DNA from: Patescibacteria group bacterium UBA3530
GTDB taxonomy: Bacteria > Patescibacteriota > Minisyncoccia > Phycocordibacterales > UBA2100
Assembly: GCA_002376945.1 (NCBI GenBank)
Contig: DFOX01000009.1
Span: forward strand, 1,340-65,339
Direction: 5' to 3'
DNA: 64,000 nucleotides
Part shown: positions 47,687-58,658 of the stretch, one piece after another
How positions within the stretch are numbered: the first letter of the stretch is position 1
How the letters are laid out: each line of letters starts with the position of its first letter
Notes under the pieces: generated by a model
The model's database searches: none
The model's input: only the letters and a program-made list of their open reading frames with translations
What the model was told of the DNA's origin: nothing
Made by a program: the position numbers and the translations under genes

Positions 47687-48283
47687 TTAGTTTTTTGAGT
47701 CAAATCGACTCGTCACCACATTCCAATTGAGATTGTTCAAGAATGCATCAATGTGTTGCTTTTTCTCTGCTGGAAGATAGTCAATCATGTATGCGTGTTC
47801 CCACATATCCATCGCCAACAGAACTTCAACATCAGCGAGTGTTCCGAGCTCATGATCCGTTGTCCACCACACATGCGGAGTATTTCCTTTTCTGTCCCAC
47901 GCGAGCACGGTCCACCCACTGCCGCGGCTCATACCCACGCTTGTAAAGTGTGCAATGAATGCATCCCACGATCCATACTTTTCAGATAGAGTCGACGCAA
48001 GCGCGCTCTCCATGGGTGCATCAGTAGCACCACCTTCAAATTGTGGGAAGTAGAATTCATGCATGCGCATGCCGTTAAATTCAAACCCAAGACGACGACG
48101 AATAGATTCAATGGCGAACTGATATTTCTCTGCGTCTTTTTCGGTCAGATCAGCAATTTGTTCTCGCAGCACGTTAATGTGTTTTACGTATCCTTCGTAG
48201 AGTCCGATGTGTACATCAATTTGTTTTTGCGAAATACCTTCCAGTGCGGGGATGGTAAATTTCTTTGGTTCGTATGAATGCAT
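47687..48283 (-). CDS. Fe/Mn superoxide dismutase family protein
   Basis: H..LYEGYV, NGMRMHEFYF, DMWEHAYMIDY. Confidence 0.88.
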   Translation of the reverse strand: MHSYEPKKFTIPALEGISQKQIDVHIGLYEGYVKHINVLREQIADLTEKDAEKYQFAIESIRRRLGFEFNGMRMHEFYFPQFEGGATDAPMESALASTLSEKYGSWDAFIAHFTSVGMSRGSGWTVLAWDRKGNTPHVWWTTDHELGTLADVEVLLAMDMWEHAYMIDYLPAEKKQHIDAFLNNLNWNVVTSRFDSKN

Positions 48284-48331
48284 ATGTAGTATATTTATGG
48301 TAAGTAATATTTCAGTGTGACAATGATACCG

Positions 48332-49183
48332 ATGTACAAACAGTATATACCATTGGGAGTAATCCTTATACTATCAACAGCACTCTATTTCATATGGCTT
48401 CCCATATTGAGTCCTTTTACTCAAACTGCCGCAACCATCGCTTTTTTGGATGTTGGTCAAGGCGATGCGATTCTCATCACGTCACCTTCGGGAAAACAGA
48501 TACTCATTGACGGAGGAAAGGACAGTGCCGTGCTGAGAGCGCTGGGATCTGCCATGCCATTTTGGGACAGAACCATAGATATGGTAGTGGCCACACATCC
48601 CGACCGCGACCATGTTGGAGGACTTGTGCACATTGTAGACAGATACGACGTTGCAACGATACTGTACTCAGGAGTGTCTGATGATGATAACGTATTACAA
48701 ACAGTGGAACAGAGAATGAAAGACACACACACGGTACTCACGGCCCGTAGAGGTCAGATATTTGACATGGGAGATGGTCTTTACATAGAAGTACTGTTTC
48801 CTGACAGAGAGGTGGTGAACATGGAAAGCAATACCGGTTCAATTGTTCTCCGTGTTGTATACGGAGAGCAATCTTTTCTTTTAACAGGAGATGCCCCGCA
48901 ATCCATTGAAAAGTATCTCATACAGCTCGATGGGACTGCTTTGGATTCAGAGGTATTAAAAGCAGGACACCATGGATCAAAAACATCCAGTGCAGCTGAT
49001 TTTGTGGGAATTGTTTCTCCGGAGTATGTGGTGTTCTCAAGAGGGTGCGAAAATCGATACGGACATCCGCACAAGCAAGTAGAGGATCTTTTTTCACAAT
49101 GGAGTATCCCTACATTTGATACGTGTACCGAAGGCACTATCACATTTACCACCGATGGCAGGACGCTGGAGGTGGAATATTGA
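48332..49183 (+). CDS. ComEC-type metallo-beta-lactamase domain protein (split C-terminal ComEC domain)
   Basis: FLDVGQGDA, THPDRDHVGG, LLTGDA, GHHGSKTSS, NRYGHP. Confidence 0.9.
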   Translation: MYKQYIPLGVILILSTALYFIWLPILSPFTQTAATIAFLDVGQGDAILITSPSGKQILIDGGKDSAVLRALGSAMPFWDRTIDMVVATHPDRDHVGGLVHIVDRYDVATILYSGVSDDDNVLQTVEQRMKDTHTVLTARRGQIFDMGDGLYIEVLFPDREVVNMESNTGSIVLRVVYGEQSFLLTGDAPQSIEKYLIQLDGTALDSEVLKAGHHGSKTSSAADFVGIVSPEYVVFSRGCENRYGHPHKQVEDLFSQWSIPTFDTCTEGTITFTTDGRTLEVEY

Positions 49184-49246
49184 CAATATATTATTTACGT
49201 GTTAGTGTGTTAAAACCACAAAGAAAAAAGAATAGGAGGCAGATTC

Positions 49247-49447
49247 ATGTATGACGAGTGGTTTGGAGGGTTGAGCACCTTGAAAAAGGTGCTCTTTGCC
49301 CTCGTGGTGGCAGGGTTGCCTGTCGCGTACGCAGCCAGCTTCTATGAAGTACCGGTTCGCGTGCCGGGAGGCATCGTCACCGACAAAAATATCGTCGCAC
49401 CCCGGACAAGTCTTCGTCCAGTGGCGCGACCAAGAGTCCTGCGATAA
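49247..49447 (+). CDS. Orphan small membrane/secreted protein ending APRTSLRPVARP
   Basis: Promoter TTGACA-17-TAGTGT (49180-49208), AGGAGG SD, hydrophobic segment, terminator at 49460-49488. Confidence 0.65.
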   Translation: MYDEWFGGLSTLKKVLFALVVAGLPVAYAASFYEVPVRVPGGIVTDKNIVAPRTSLRPVARPRVLR

Positions 49448-49459
49448 GAATCAGGACGA

Positions 49460-49488
49460 AAAAACCGAGCGGCAACGCTCGGTTTTCC
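49460..49488. terminator. Bidirectional terminator
   Basis: AAAACCGAGCG-GCAA-CGCTCGGTTTT. Confidence 0.75.
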
Positions 49489-49490
49489 CT

Positions 49491-49733
49491 TTATACCAAT
49501 CCTGCCTTTTTGAGTGTTTTGTAGGCCCCGTTTTTATGTATCGTCTTGATTGCTTTTGTTGAGAGTCGAAGCGTTACTGACTTTGCAAGTTCAGGAATGT
49601 AAAAAGTTTTCTTTTGAAGATTGACAGCGCGTCGTTTCTTACCACCAGAGTTAAACTGCGTCGCACGCGTACGGTTACTATACCGTCCTCCTACTTGCGA
49701 TTTTTTACCTGTCACCATGCATTCCTTTGCCAT
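49491..49733 (-). CDS. rpmB: 50S ribosomal protein L28
   Basis: MAKECMVTGK...NLQKK...LRLSTKAIKTI. Confidence 0.9.
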   Translation of the reverse strand: MAKECMVTGKKSQVGGRYSNRTRATQFNSGGKKRRAVNLQKKTFYIPELAKSVTLRLSTKAIKTIHKNGAYKTLKKAGLV

Positions 49734-49793
49734 ATAGTCGGCCATGCTACCATTAAAGGAATGGGAAGGCAATAATCTTCCTCTTTGTGTATT

Positions 49794-50417
49794 ATGGGAG
49801 CCGAAATAATATTTCTAATAGCTATTCTCGTTGTGTCGGTAGTCATCCACGAGGTTGCTCATGGATTTGCTGCTAATTGGTTAGGTGATCCAACCGCGCG
49901 ACTGGAGGGGCGACTCACTCTAAATCCGGTACCTCATGTAGATCCTATGGGGTCAATCATACTTCCGGCAATTCTCGCACTTTCCAGTTCCCCGCTTCTT
50001 TTTGGATGGGCCAAACCCGTTCCATACAATCCGTATAATCTGCAAAAGGGCGGGAGATGGGCGGAAGCTTTAGTGGCTTTTGCGGGACCTGCGGCGAATA
50101 TAGGTATTGCCATCATATTTGGAATCATAGTTCGGTTAGGAATACTTCCCGCAGGAGCGGAGATGCTTGCAGTGTCAATTGTATTTTTAAACGTATTGCT
50201 GGCCATATTCAATTTAATACCGATTCCGCCTCTTGATGGATCAAAAATTCTTCCACGGATTCTTCCTCGGTCCCTTGCGATGCACTATGAGCGCATGAGG
50301 ATGGCTTTTGAGCAACATATTTTCATTGGTTTTGGAGTGGTGATTTTGGCCGTACTTCTGTTCGGTACATATCTGGTGGATGCGGTTTCTTTCGTCACTC
50401 GTATAATTCTTGGTTGA
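49794..50417 (+). CDS. Site-2 protease (M50 family)
   Basis: HEVAH, GWAKPVP, AGPAAN, NLIPIPPLDG. Confidence 0.93.
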   Translation: MGAEIIFLIAILVVSVVIHEVAHGFAANWLGDPTARLEGRLTLNPVPHVDPMGSIILPAILALSSSPLLFGWAKPVPYNPYNLQKGGRWAEALVAFAGPAANIGIAIIFGIIVRLGILPAGAEMLAVSIVFLNVLLAIFNLIPIPPLDGSKILPRILPRSLAMHYERMRMAFEQHIFIGFGVVILAVLLFGTYLVDAVSFVTRIILG

Positions 50418-50419
50418 GT

Positions 50420-51619
50420 ATGTTTGAAGGTTTGTTACGTAGAAAAAAGAAGCAACCGGAAGTACCGGAATTCGAATCTTTTAAGAATGTGCACGTCACA
50501 TCAAGCATGCCTGAGGCAAGTGTAGTTGCAGGAGGTGGTCCACGGTCGCGCATTGACCCTGTCGAAGCGGCCATGAAATCAATCAGAGGTCTTGAAGATG
50601 AGGAAGTTCCCGTAGTTTCAAAAAAAGAACGTCAAGAACCACACGCGAATATGATGGCACCGCCCGTTGCACAAAAACCTCGAACGGTTTCATTGGAACC
50701 ATCAACAGATTCGGTGCCGCGCGTTAAAACCATGCCAACAATCGATGCAGAAATCTCTATACCACAAAAAGAACAGGTGCCTTCACTAGAGGTGGTATCT
50801 GAAATTAAGGAAGCTGTAGAAACGGCAGCAGCAGATGCTCCTGAAAGTATCAAGAGACAATCAGAGTCGGAAACCGTTTCTTTACAAGAACGTCTTGAAC
50901 GAGCTCATGCCAGCGAGGAAGCCATCGAAGCTACGGTTGATGCCATTCAGGAAGTTGCGAGCACACATACTGATATATACGGAGTGAAGCGCGAAGCAGC
51001 CCCAGAAACTCCTCAGATGGAAACAGTGGTGATACACAAAGGTGGTACTTCTCAAAAAGAAGGAGCGCATCGAGTCACCAAAGAGAACAAAATGAGCAAC
51101 ACCGAAGAACTTGTTTCAAGAGAGAAAGCATCGTTTGAAGATAGAATCAATGATTTAGTCGATACCGTTTCTGATAAGGAGCGTTTAAAGAAACAGTTGA
51201 TTGCGGAATTTTATAAAAAAACAATCGCTGATTTGGTTGGTGAGAGAACGGCGATTAAGGAGCCGCAGAAAGAATCAGTAACTGAAGCAGAAGAGGGTGA
51301 TGTTGAGAAAACGCTTCGTGCCATTCGTGCGATCGTTGAGCAATTGAAAGAAACCGTCGATCCTCAAGTGGTAGAGGTGGTTGATGCAAGTTCGCGTAAG
51401 TTACAAGAATCCGGTACGCAAAAGCAAACCCAGAAGATATTGACAGGTTTTGCATTACACGCGGTGGAAGCACCAACGAAGGTGGCACGGACGGGAGTAA
51501 TAGCAGGAGCACTCGGAGGGTTGGCGGTGGGAACTGCAGCGGCAACTGCCGCAGCCACCGGATTGGCGATTGTTTCAGGTGGAAGAAGTATTACACTTAC
51601 CCCAAAGAAAGTAGTATGA
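50420..51619 (+). CDS. Hypothetical protein, low-complexity, C-terminal Gly/Ala hydrophobic segment
   Basis: Long ORF tightly packed between its neighbours. Confidence 0.7.
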   Translation: MFEGLLRRKKKQPEVPEFESFKNVHVTSSMPEASVVAGGGPRSRIDPVEAAMKSIRGLEDEEVPVVSKKERQEPHANMMAPPVAQKPRTVSLEPSTDSVPRVKTMPTIDAEISIPQKEQVPSLEVVSEIKEAVETAAADAPESIKRQSESETVSLQERLERAHASEEAIEATVDAIQEVASTHTDIYGVKREAAPETPQMETVVIHKGGTSQKEGAHRVTKENKMSNTEELVSREKASFEDRINDLVDTVSDKERLKKQLIAEFYKKTIADLVGERTAIKEPQKESVTEAEEGDVEKTLRAIRAIVEQLKETVDPQVVEVVDASSRKLQESGTQKQTQKILTGFALHAVEAPTKVARTGVIAGALGGLAVGTAAATAAATGLAIVSGGRSITLTPKKVV

Positions 51620-51918
51620 TTAATATCACCGATTTACATAACCGACTGGTGCAAGAACTCAATATAGAGAATCTTCCTCCTCACGATCAGGAAAAAATAC
51701 TTGATCAAGCGGGTAGCATGATATACCAGCGAATATTGCTCGCAGTATTTCAAAACATTCCTACAACCGAACACGATAAACTAAAACAGTTTGTAGCAGC
51801 CGATTTAGAAGATGAAATTACCGAACTCGTACACAAACATGTTCCACAGGCAGAAGAGATTATAGAAAAGGAAATGACGTCGAGCGTACAGGAATTAAAA
51901 GAGATACTCGGGGTGTAG
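51616..51918 (+). CDS. DUF5663-like small acidic protein
   Basis: ELNIENLPPHDQEKILDQ...RI pattern typical of CPR genomes. Confidence 0.6.
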   Translation: MINITDLHNRLVQELNIENLPPHDQEKILDQAGSMIYQRILLAVFQNIPTTEHDKLKQFVAADLEDEITELVHKHVPQAEEIIEKEMTSSVQELKEILGV

Positions 51919-51990
51919 TGTAAGAGTTGCATTTGATGCCACGCCATAGTATATTTTGCGCACTGCCCATAGGGGCGGCTTTTAATATAT

Positions 51991-52407
51991 ATGGCAACAA
52001 TAAACCAGTTAGTTCGCAAAGGACGAAAGAGTGTCACCAAGAAAAGTAAGACGGTGGCGCTTCGTCGTGGGTTTAATAGTCTGAATAACAAGCCATCTCA
52101 TTACGCTTCTCCGTTTAAGCGAGGAGTGTGTACTAAAGTGACGACTAAGACACCGCGTAAACCTAACTCAGCTATTCGTAAAATTGCCCGCGTTCGACTT
52201 ACCAACGGCATGGAAATAACTGCGTATATCCCGGGTGAATCACACAATTTGCAAGAACACTCGGTAGTAACGGTTCGTGGTGGGCGAGTGAAGGATATCG
52301 GGGTGCGATACACTGTTGTTCGGGGACGCTTGGATTCTGAGGGTGTAGACAAGCGACGAACCGGTCGATCTAAATATGGTACTAAGAAACCCAAAGGTGA
52401 CGAATAA
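51991..52407 (+). CDS. rpsL: 30S ribosomal protein S12
   Basis: [34 protein letters not shown]. Confidence 0.98.
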   Translation: MATINQLVRKGRKSVTKKSKTVALRRGFNSLNNKPSHYASPFKRGVCTKVTTKTPRKPNSAIRKIARVRLTNGMEITAYIPGESHNLQEHSVVTVRGGRVKDIGVRYTVVRGRLDSEGVDKRRTGRSKYGTKKPKGDE

Positions 52408-52410
52408 TAT

Positions 52411-52881
52411 ATGCGACGACCACTAAAAAAGAAACACGAACTCACACCTGATTCAGTATACGGGTCCGAGAAAGTGACTAAGCTCATTAACTACATAATG
52501 GAGCGAGGAAAGAAGGACACCGCACGAAAGATTGTGTACGCAGCTTTTGAAGAGCTTGCAGGAGAAGGCGGGAAAGAAGACCCTGTGGCCATTTTCGAAA
52601 CAGCTATCAAAAACGTGGCCCCCTTGATGGAGGTGCGTTCACGACGTGTGGGTGGTGCAAACTATCAAGTGCCACGCGAAGTGCGACCTGAACGCCGTCA
52701 GGCGCTTGCACTTCGCTGGATTGTTGAAGCTTCACGAAACGGAAAAGGAAGAGAGATGCACAAACGTCTTGCTGAAGAGATTCGAAAAGCCGCACACGAA
52801 GAAGGAGAAGCGGTGACCAAGCGCATCAACACACACAAAATGGCCGAGGCAAACAAAGCGTTTGCACACTTTGCATGGTAG
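52411..52881 (+). CDS. rpsG: 30S ribosomal protein S7
   Basis: RRVGGANYQVP, HKMAEANKAFAHF. Confidence 0.98.
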   Translation: MRRPLKKKHELTPDSVYGSEKVTKLINYIMERGKKDTARKIVYAAFEELAGEGGKEDPVAIFETAIKNVAPLMEVRSRRVGGANYQVPREVRPERRQALALRWIVEASRNGKGREMHKRLAEEIRKAAHEEGEAVTKRINTHKMAEANKAFAHFAW

Positions 52882-52925
52882 GAGGTGGTTTTTATATTAT
52901 TACGATTACTTAACATATCATACGT

Positions 52926-55064
52926 ATGGCTCGCACATATCCATTAGAAAGACTCCGAAACTTCGGAATCGTGGCACACGTTGATGCTGGCAAAACAACA
53001 ACCAGTGAACGCGTTCTTTTTTACACGGGCATGAGTCATAAGATTGGTGAGGTACACGATGGCGAGACGGTTACCGACTGGATGGAGCAGGAGCGGGAGC
53101 GAGGAATTACCATCACTGCGGCTGCCATCTCGTGTAACTGGCAGCCAACATATACCGATGACGAAAGCAAGAAACACACTTTCAATATTATTGACACGCC
53201 CGGACACATCGATTTTACCGCCGAGGTGAAGCGATCCATGCGCGTTCTTGACGGAGCAGTCGTCGTATTTGACGCTGTTGCCGGTGTGGAGCCACAATCT
53301 GAGACTAACTGGAGATATGCCGAAGAGGCAAATGTGCCACGTATTTGTTTCATCAACAAACTTGATCGAACTGGAGCTTCATTTGAACGTTCATATCAAA
53401 GTATTCTTGAGCGCCTTTCGAACAAGGCAGTTCGAGCGCAACTTCCGATTGGGGAAGAGGATGCGCATGAGGGTGTGGTAGATCTACTGTCACGAAAAGC
53501 ATTCCGGTTTGAAGGACAAATGGGAATTGATATTGTTGAGGGAGACGTGCCTGAGCACATGAGAGATGACGTTGAAACATACCGAGCAGAGCTCGTAGAG
53601 AAGATTGTAGAACAAGACGAAGATGCCCTGAATGCATACCTAGAAGGAGAAGAACCTTCATACGAAACACTCAAGGCACTGCTTCGAAAAGCGGTAATTG
53701 CTAATGATATATTCTTGGTATATACCGGATCAGCGCTGAAGAACAAGGGTGTCCAGTTGGTACTTGACGGTGTTGTTGATTATCTTCCCAGCCCCCTCGA
53801 TCTTCCTGCGGTGGTGGGTATCAATCCAAATACCAATGAGGAAGTTACGCGAGAACCTCGTGACGAAGAACCGCTTGCCGCACTCGCCTTCAAGCTCCAA
53901 ACAGATCCCTTCGTCGGACAGCTCACCTTCTTTCGAGTGTATTCAGGAGTGTGTAAGGCAGGGTCATATGTATTTAACGCTTCAAACGGAAAGAAAGAGC
54001 GTATAGGACGAATTGTCCGATTACAGGCTGACAAGCGAGAAGAGGTGGCGGAAGTGTACACCGGAGAGATTGCTGCAGCGGTTGGATTAAAGGACACCAA
54101 GACCAGTCACACGCTCTCTGATGAGAATCATCCAATCGTCCTTGAGGAGATGACTTTCCCGGAACCAGTGGTTGCGGCACGAATCGAACCTAAAACCAAG
54201 CAGGATCAAGAGAAAATGGGTATTGCGTTAAACAAGCTTTCAGACGAAGACCCTACCTTTAAGGTCTCCACTGACTCGGAAACTCTCGAGACCGTTATTG
54301 CCGGAATGGGAGAATTACATCTTGACATTTTGGTTGATCGTATGAAGAGGGAATTCAATGTTGAAGCTGATCTTGGTAAGCCACAGGTGGCATATCGAGA
54401 GACCATCCAAGGTACCAAAGAAAGTGAAATTAAATACATCAAACAAACAGGAGGTCGAGGACAGTATGGGCACGTCAAACTCAACGTGAAGCCGCTTGAA
54501 GCAATTGCCGCTGATGAGAAAATCGCAAAGAACATTGATCGAGAGGAACATTTTGAATTCATCAATAACATTAAAGGCGGTGTTATCCCCGCAGAATACA
54601 TTCCGGCAGTCAAAAAAGGCGTAAAGGAAGCCATGGAGCGCGGTATTGTTGCCGGATACCCAATGGTAGACGTATCAGTAGACTTATTCGACGGATCGTT
54701 CCACGATGTTGATTCTTCAGAAATTGCCTTTAAAATCGCGGCATCGCAGGCATTTCAAGAAGCAGCAAAGGGAGCGCAGCCGGTGCTGCTTGAACCCATT
54801 ATGAAAGTGGAAGTCACCACGCCTGAGCAATTTATGGGTGACGTTACGGGAAACCTAAGTTCCATGCGTGGACAAGTTGAAGGAATGGATGATCGGGGAA
54901 ATGCTAAGGTGGTAACCGCCAAGGTTCCCCTATCTGAAATGTTCGGATACACCACGACACTTCGATCTATGACCGAAGGAAGAGCTAATGCGACCATGGA
55001 ATTCTCACACTATGCGGTTGTTCCGCAAAATGTTGCCGAAGAAATACAGGCACAAAGAGGATAA
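52926..55064 (+). CDS. fusA: Elongation factor G
   Basis: [38 protein letters not shown]. Confidence 0.98.
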   Translation: MARTYPLERLRNFGIVAHVDAGKTTTSERVLFYTGMSHKIGEVHDGETVTDWMEQERERGITITAAAISCNWQPTYTDDESKKHTFNIIDTPGHIDFTAEVKRSMRVLDGAVVVFDAVAGVEPQSETNWRYAEEANVPRICFINKLDRTGASFERSYQSILERLSNKAVRAQLPIGEEDAHEGVVDLLSRKAFRFEGQMGIDIVEGDVPEHMRDDVETYRAELVEKIVEQDEDALNAYLEGEEPSYETLKALLRKAVIANDIFLVYTGSALKNKGVQLVLDGVVDYLPSPLDLPAVVGINPNTNEEVTREPRDEEPLAALAFKLQTDPFVGQLTFFRVYSGVCKAGSYVFNASNGKKERIGRIVRLQADKREEVAEVYTGEIAAAVGLKDTKTSHTLSDENHPIVLEEMTFPEPVVAARIEPKTKQDQEKMGIALNKLSDEDPTFKVSTDSETLETVIAGMGELHLDILVDRMKREFNVEADLGKPQVAYRETIQGTKESEIKYIKQTGGRGQYGHVKLNVKPLEAIAADEKIAKNIDREEHFEFINNIKGGVIPAEYIPAVKKGVKEAMERGIVAGYPMVDVSVDLFDGSFHDVDSSEIAFKIAASQAFQEAAKGAQPVLLEPIMKVEVTTPEQFMGDVTGNLSSMRGQVEGMDDRGNAKVVTAKVPLSEMFGYTTTLRSMTEGRANATMEFSHYAVVPQNVAEEIQAQRG

Positions 55065-55229
55065 CAGTATTTGAGCGCTTGACTCCAAGCGCTCTTTTGC
55101 TACCATGTGGCCACGCGTATTGCGTGCTTTTTTCATTGCGCGCATAAGTGTTGTTGTTGAGTGTAGAGAAGCAATTCTCGCGCCTCTACACTTGTCAATG
55201 AGAGATTATTATTTATTAACATATTTACT

Positions 55230-56426
55230 ATGGCAGATAACTTTGATCGTTCAAAGCCGCACATGAACGTTGGTACCATAGGTCACGTTGACCACGGTAA
55301 AACAACGCTTACCGCTGCGATTTTGAACTCACTTAAGCTTTCAGGTCAAGCGGTGACCATGAAAAATATTGATGATATCGACAACGCCCCAGAAGAAAAG
55401 GAGCGCGGTATCACCATTGCTTTGTCTCATCAAGAGTACGAAACAGAGAAGCGCCACTATGCGCACATTGATGCGCCTGGACACGCCGACTACATTAAGA
55501 ACATGATCACCGGTGCCGCACAGATGGACGGTGCAATTTTGGTGGTTGCCGCAACAGACGGTCTTATGCCACAAACGCGTGAGCATATCCTCCTTGCCAA
55601 GCAAGTGGGTGTTCCGAAGATTATTGTCTTTTTGAACAAAACCGACATGCCTGATGTGGACGAAGAAATGATCGAATTGGTTGAAGAGGAAATTCGAGAG
55701 ACCCTTACCCAATACGAATTTGACGGAGAGAACACTCCATTTATTAAGGGATCAGCTCTTAAGGGTGTTGAGTCAACTTCAGTGGATGATGAATGGACTC
55801 AAAAGATTCTCGAGCTGACCAAAGCCATGGATGATTGGTTTGAAGTGCCTGCTCGTGATACCGACAAGCCATTCTTGATGCCTATTGAGGACATCTTCTC
55901 AATTGAAGGACGTGGTACCGTGGTAACAGGACGAATCGAACAAGGAAAGGTAAAGGTTGGAGAAGAAGTTGAAATTGTTGGTATTAAAGAGACTACAAAG
56001 ACAACTGTTACGGGAATTGAAATGTTTAACAAAAACCTAGACGAAGGTCTTGCGGGGGATAACGCAGGTATCCTGCTTCGAGGCACAAAGAAAGAAGAGG
56101 TACATCGCGGACAAGTACTCGCCGCTACTGGTTCAATTACACCGCACACGGAATTTGAAGCAGAAGTATACGTACTTTCAAAAGAAGAAGGTGGACGACA
56201 CACTCCATTCTTCTCGGGCTACAAGCCGCAATTCTACATGCGAACCACTGACGTTACCGGAGAGGTGACGCTTCCGGATGGAATCGAGATGGTGATGCCC
56301 GGTGACACCGCAACCTTTAAGGTTAAACTTGTAGGTCCAATTGCTATCGACGACCAGATGAAGTTCACTGTTCGAGAAGGTGGACGAACCGTGGGAGCCG
56401 GTGTGGTAACGAAGGTAGTAGCGTAA
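55230..56426 (+). CDS. tuf: Elongation factor Tu
   Basis: [39 protein letters not shown]. Confidence 0.98.
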   Translation: MADNFDRSKPHMNVGTIGHVDHGKTTLTAAILNSLKLSGQAVTMKNIDDIDNAPEEKERGITIALSHQEYETEKRHYAHIDAPGHADYIKNMITGAAQMDGAILVVAATDGLMPQTREHILLAKQVGVPKIIVFLNKTDMPDVDEEMIELVEEEIRETLTQYEFDGENTPFIKGSALKGVESTSVDDEWTQKILELTKAMDDWFEVPARDTDKPFLMPIEDIFSIEGRGTVVTGRIEQGKVKVGEEVEIVGIKETTKTTVTGIEMFNKNLDEGLAGDNAGILLRGTKKEEVHRGQVLAATGSITPHTEFEAEVYVLSKEEGGRHTPFFSGYKPQFYMRTTDVTGEVTLPDGIEMVMPGDTATFKVKLVGPIAIDDQMKFTVREGGRTVGAGVVTKVVA

Positions 56427-56472
56427 GTACTTGCATTAAGCACCTGCACACAGTATGGTGTGCGTACGTTCT

Positions 56473-56823
56473 ATGACAGCAACTGAGAAAAAGACAACCA
56501 AAAAGTCGGAAGCAGGCGTTGAACGCCTACGAATTCGAGTCCGAGCATATGAGCATAAATTGCTTGATGTGTCGGTGAAGCAAATAATTGATACCGCATT
56601 TCGTTTTGAAGCTGAGGTTCGCGGTCCAGTGCCACTTCCTACGGAAATTAAGAAGTACACTGTTAACCGATCCACCTTTGTACACAAAGATGCGCGAGAA
56701 CAGTTCGAAATGCGAATTCACAAACGATTAATTGAGATTTTGCATCCGACACCAAAAGTCATTGAGGCACTCACCAACATTAGTTTGCCGGCAGGTGTTT
56801 CCATTGACGTTAAGATGGTGTAA
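56473..56823 (+). CDS. rpsJ: 30S ribosomal protein S10
   Basis: GPVPLPT, REQFEMRIHKRLI. Confidence 0.97.
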   Translation: MTATEKKTTKKSEAGVERLRIRVRAYEHKLLDVSVKQIIDTAFRFEAEVRGPVPLPTEIKKYTVNRSTFVHKDAREQFEMRIHKRLIEILHPTPKVIEALTNISLPAGVSIDVKMV

Positions 56824-56851
56824 TCTCCATTGTTGTGTTGCAGTCTGCAAG

Positions 56852-56876
56852 AGCCGCCCGTGAGGGCGGTTTTTGC
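56852..56876 (+). terminator. Terminator between rpsJ and rplC
   Basis: AGCCGCCC-GTGA-GGGCGGTT followed by TTT. Confidence 0.65.
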
Positions 56877-57010
56877 AAACGCTTGCACAAAACAAAACCT
56901 CGTGTATACTCTCCTGCATTGCTGCTAAGTCCACTCTCTTCTCGAGTGAAGGACCAATGGCCAAAGTGCTCACACTTTCGCCCTTGGTGGCGATTTTTAA
57001 ATTTCATTTC

Positions 57011-57613
57011 ATGAAATGCATTCTCGGGACAAAACAAAAGATGACACAGATTTTCGATGAGTCGGGGAAGGTATTTCCTGCGACGGTTGTTACCGCCGGT
57101 CCTGTCACTGTAACGCAGGTCAAGGGAGAAAAAGACGGATATGAAGCAGTACAAGTTGCCTTTGGTGACCAAAAGGAGAAGAATGTGGCCAAAGCTCAAA
57201 AAGGACACTTTGGCGATCTCGGATCATTTAAAACAGTGAGAGAATTTCGTACCGCCACGGGAGAGATACAAACGGGAGATGTCATTAACGTCGAAGCTTT
57301 TGAAGTCGGAGACACGGTGAGTGTCAGTTCAGTAACCAAAGGTAAAGGAAACCAAGGTGTCGTTAAGCGACACAACTTTGCGGGAGGTCCACGAACACAC
57401 GGTCAGAAGCATTCAGAGCGTCGTCCGGGATCAATTGGTTCAACGGGACCGCAGCGAGTATTGAAAGGACTGAAGATGGCAGGACGCACAGGGGGAAATC
57501 GAGTGACGGTTAAAAATTTGAAGGTATTGCAAATCGACAAAGATACCAACACCTTGGTCATTTCAGGAGCCATACCGGGTCGTTCCGGAACCTTGGTTGA
57601 AATTCGAGGATAA
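57011..57613 (+). CDS. rplC: 50S ribosomal protein L3
   Basis: DGYEAVQ, KGKGNQGVVKRH, RRPGSIG. Confidence 0.97.
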   Translation: MKCILGTKQKMTQIFDESGKVFPATVVTAGPVTVTQVKGEKDGYEAVQVAFGDQKEKNVAKAQKGHFGDLGSFKTVREFRTATGEIQTGDVINVEAFEVGDTVSVSSVTKGKGNQGVVKRHNFAGGPRTHGQKHSERRPGSIGSTGPQRVLKGLKMAGRTGGNRVTVKNLKVLQIDKDTNTLVISGAIPGRSGTLVEIRG

Positions 57614-57614
57614 C

Positions 57615-58295
57615 ATGCATATGAAAGTAGCGGTACACACACAAACAGGAAAAAAGGGAGGTTCAGTCGAAGTATCTGATGTTGTTTTCGGTGCACCTTG
57701 GAACACTGACTTGGTTCACCAGGTCGTTGTGGGGATGCAGGCAAATGCACGCACTGCAATTGCACATACGAAAATGCGTGGTGAAGTACGTGGCGGCGGA
57801 AAGAAGCCATGGAAACAAAAAGGACTTGGACGAGCTCGTCATGGATCAAGTCGTAGTCCGCTATGGCGTGGTGGTGGCGTTACGTTCGGTCCGCGCAATG
57901 ACAAAGTGTTTGCTAAAAAAATCAACAAAAAGATGCGTGCAAAAGCACTCTACAGCGCTCTCTCACAAAAGCATCGAGATGGTGAGATTCTGTTTGTAGA
58001 CACGCTCTCATTCAAATCACCCAAGACAAGTGATGCACAAAACGTTATCAAGGCACTTGGAAGCGTAAAAGGGTTTGAATCATTAACATCAAAAAAGCAT
58101 AATGTTGCATACATCGCTCTTCCGGAAGTGGATGTAAACATACAGAAGAGTTTTGGAAACTTTGGAAACGTAAAGGTAAGCGAAACACGAAACCTCAACC
58201 CCGTTGACGTATTGAAGTATAAAAACATCATCATTGTTGCACCGGAGTCGAGCACCAAAATACTTGAAGATCGAATGGTAAGAGAAGCAAAATAG
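57615..58295 (+). CDS. rplD: 50S ribosomal protein L4
   Basis: RGEVRGGGKKPWKQKGLGRARHGS. Confidence 0.97.
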   Translation: MHMKVAVHTQTGKKGGSVEVSDVVFGAPWNTDLVHQVVVGMQANARTAIAHTKMRGEVRGGGKKPWKQKGLGRARHGSSRSPLWRGGGVTFGPRNDKVFAKKINKKMRAKALYSALSQKHRDGEILFVDTLSFKSPKTSDAQNVIKALGSVKGFESLTSKKHNVAYIALPEVDVNIQKSFGNFGNVKVSETRNLNPVDVLKYKNIIIVAPESSTKILEDRMVREAK

Positions 58296-58298
58296 CGT

Positions 58299-58655
58299 AT
58301 GACTGCATTATTTGGAAAAAAAGAAGAGAATGAGGAGGTTGCAAGTACAGCAGCAGTTTCATCAGTACATGAAGATGATCTCGCGCGCATTTTAATACAA
58401 CCGCGTATCACCGAAAAAGCAACCATCGGCACTGATGATAATGTGTATGTGTTTGATGTGGCGCCTGATGCAAATAAAATACAGATTAAGCATGCGATTA
58501 AGAAGGCGTACAATGTGGATCCCGTAAAAATTCGTGTGAGCAGTATTGCAAAGAAACAGGTACGAAATATGCGAACTGGTATCAAGGGAGTTACGGCAGG
58601 AGGTAAAAAGGCCTACGTCTACCTTAAGAAGGGTGAGAGTATTTCAATAATGTAA
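58299..58655 (+). CDS. rplW: 50S ribosomal protein L23
   Basis: PRITEKA, KKAYV. Confidence 0.95.
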   Translation: MTALFGKKEENEEVASTAAVSSVHEDDLARILIQPRITEKATIGTDDNVYVFDVAPDANKIQIKHAIKKAYNVDPVKIRVSSIAKKQVRNMRTGIKGVTAGGKKAYVYLKKGESISIM

Positions 58656-58658
58656 AGT

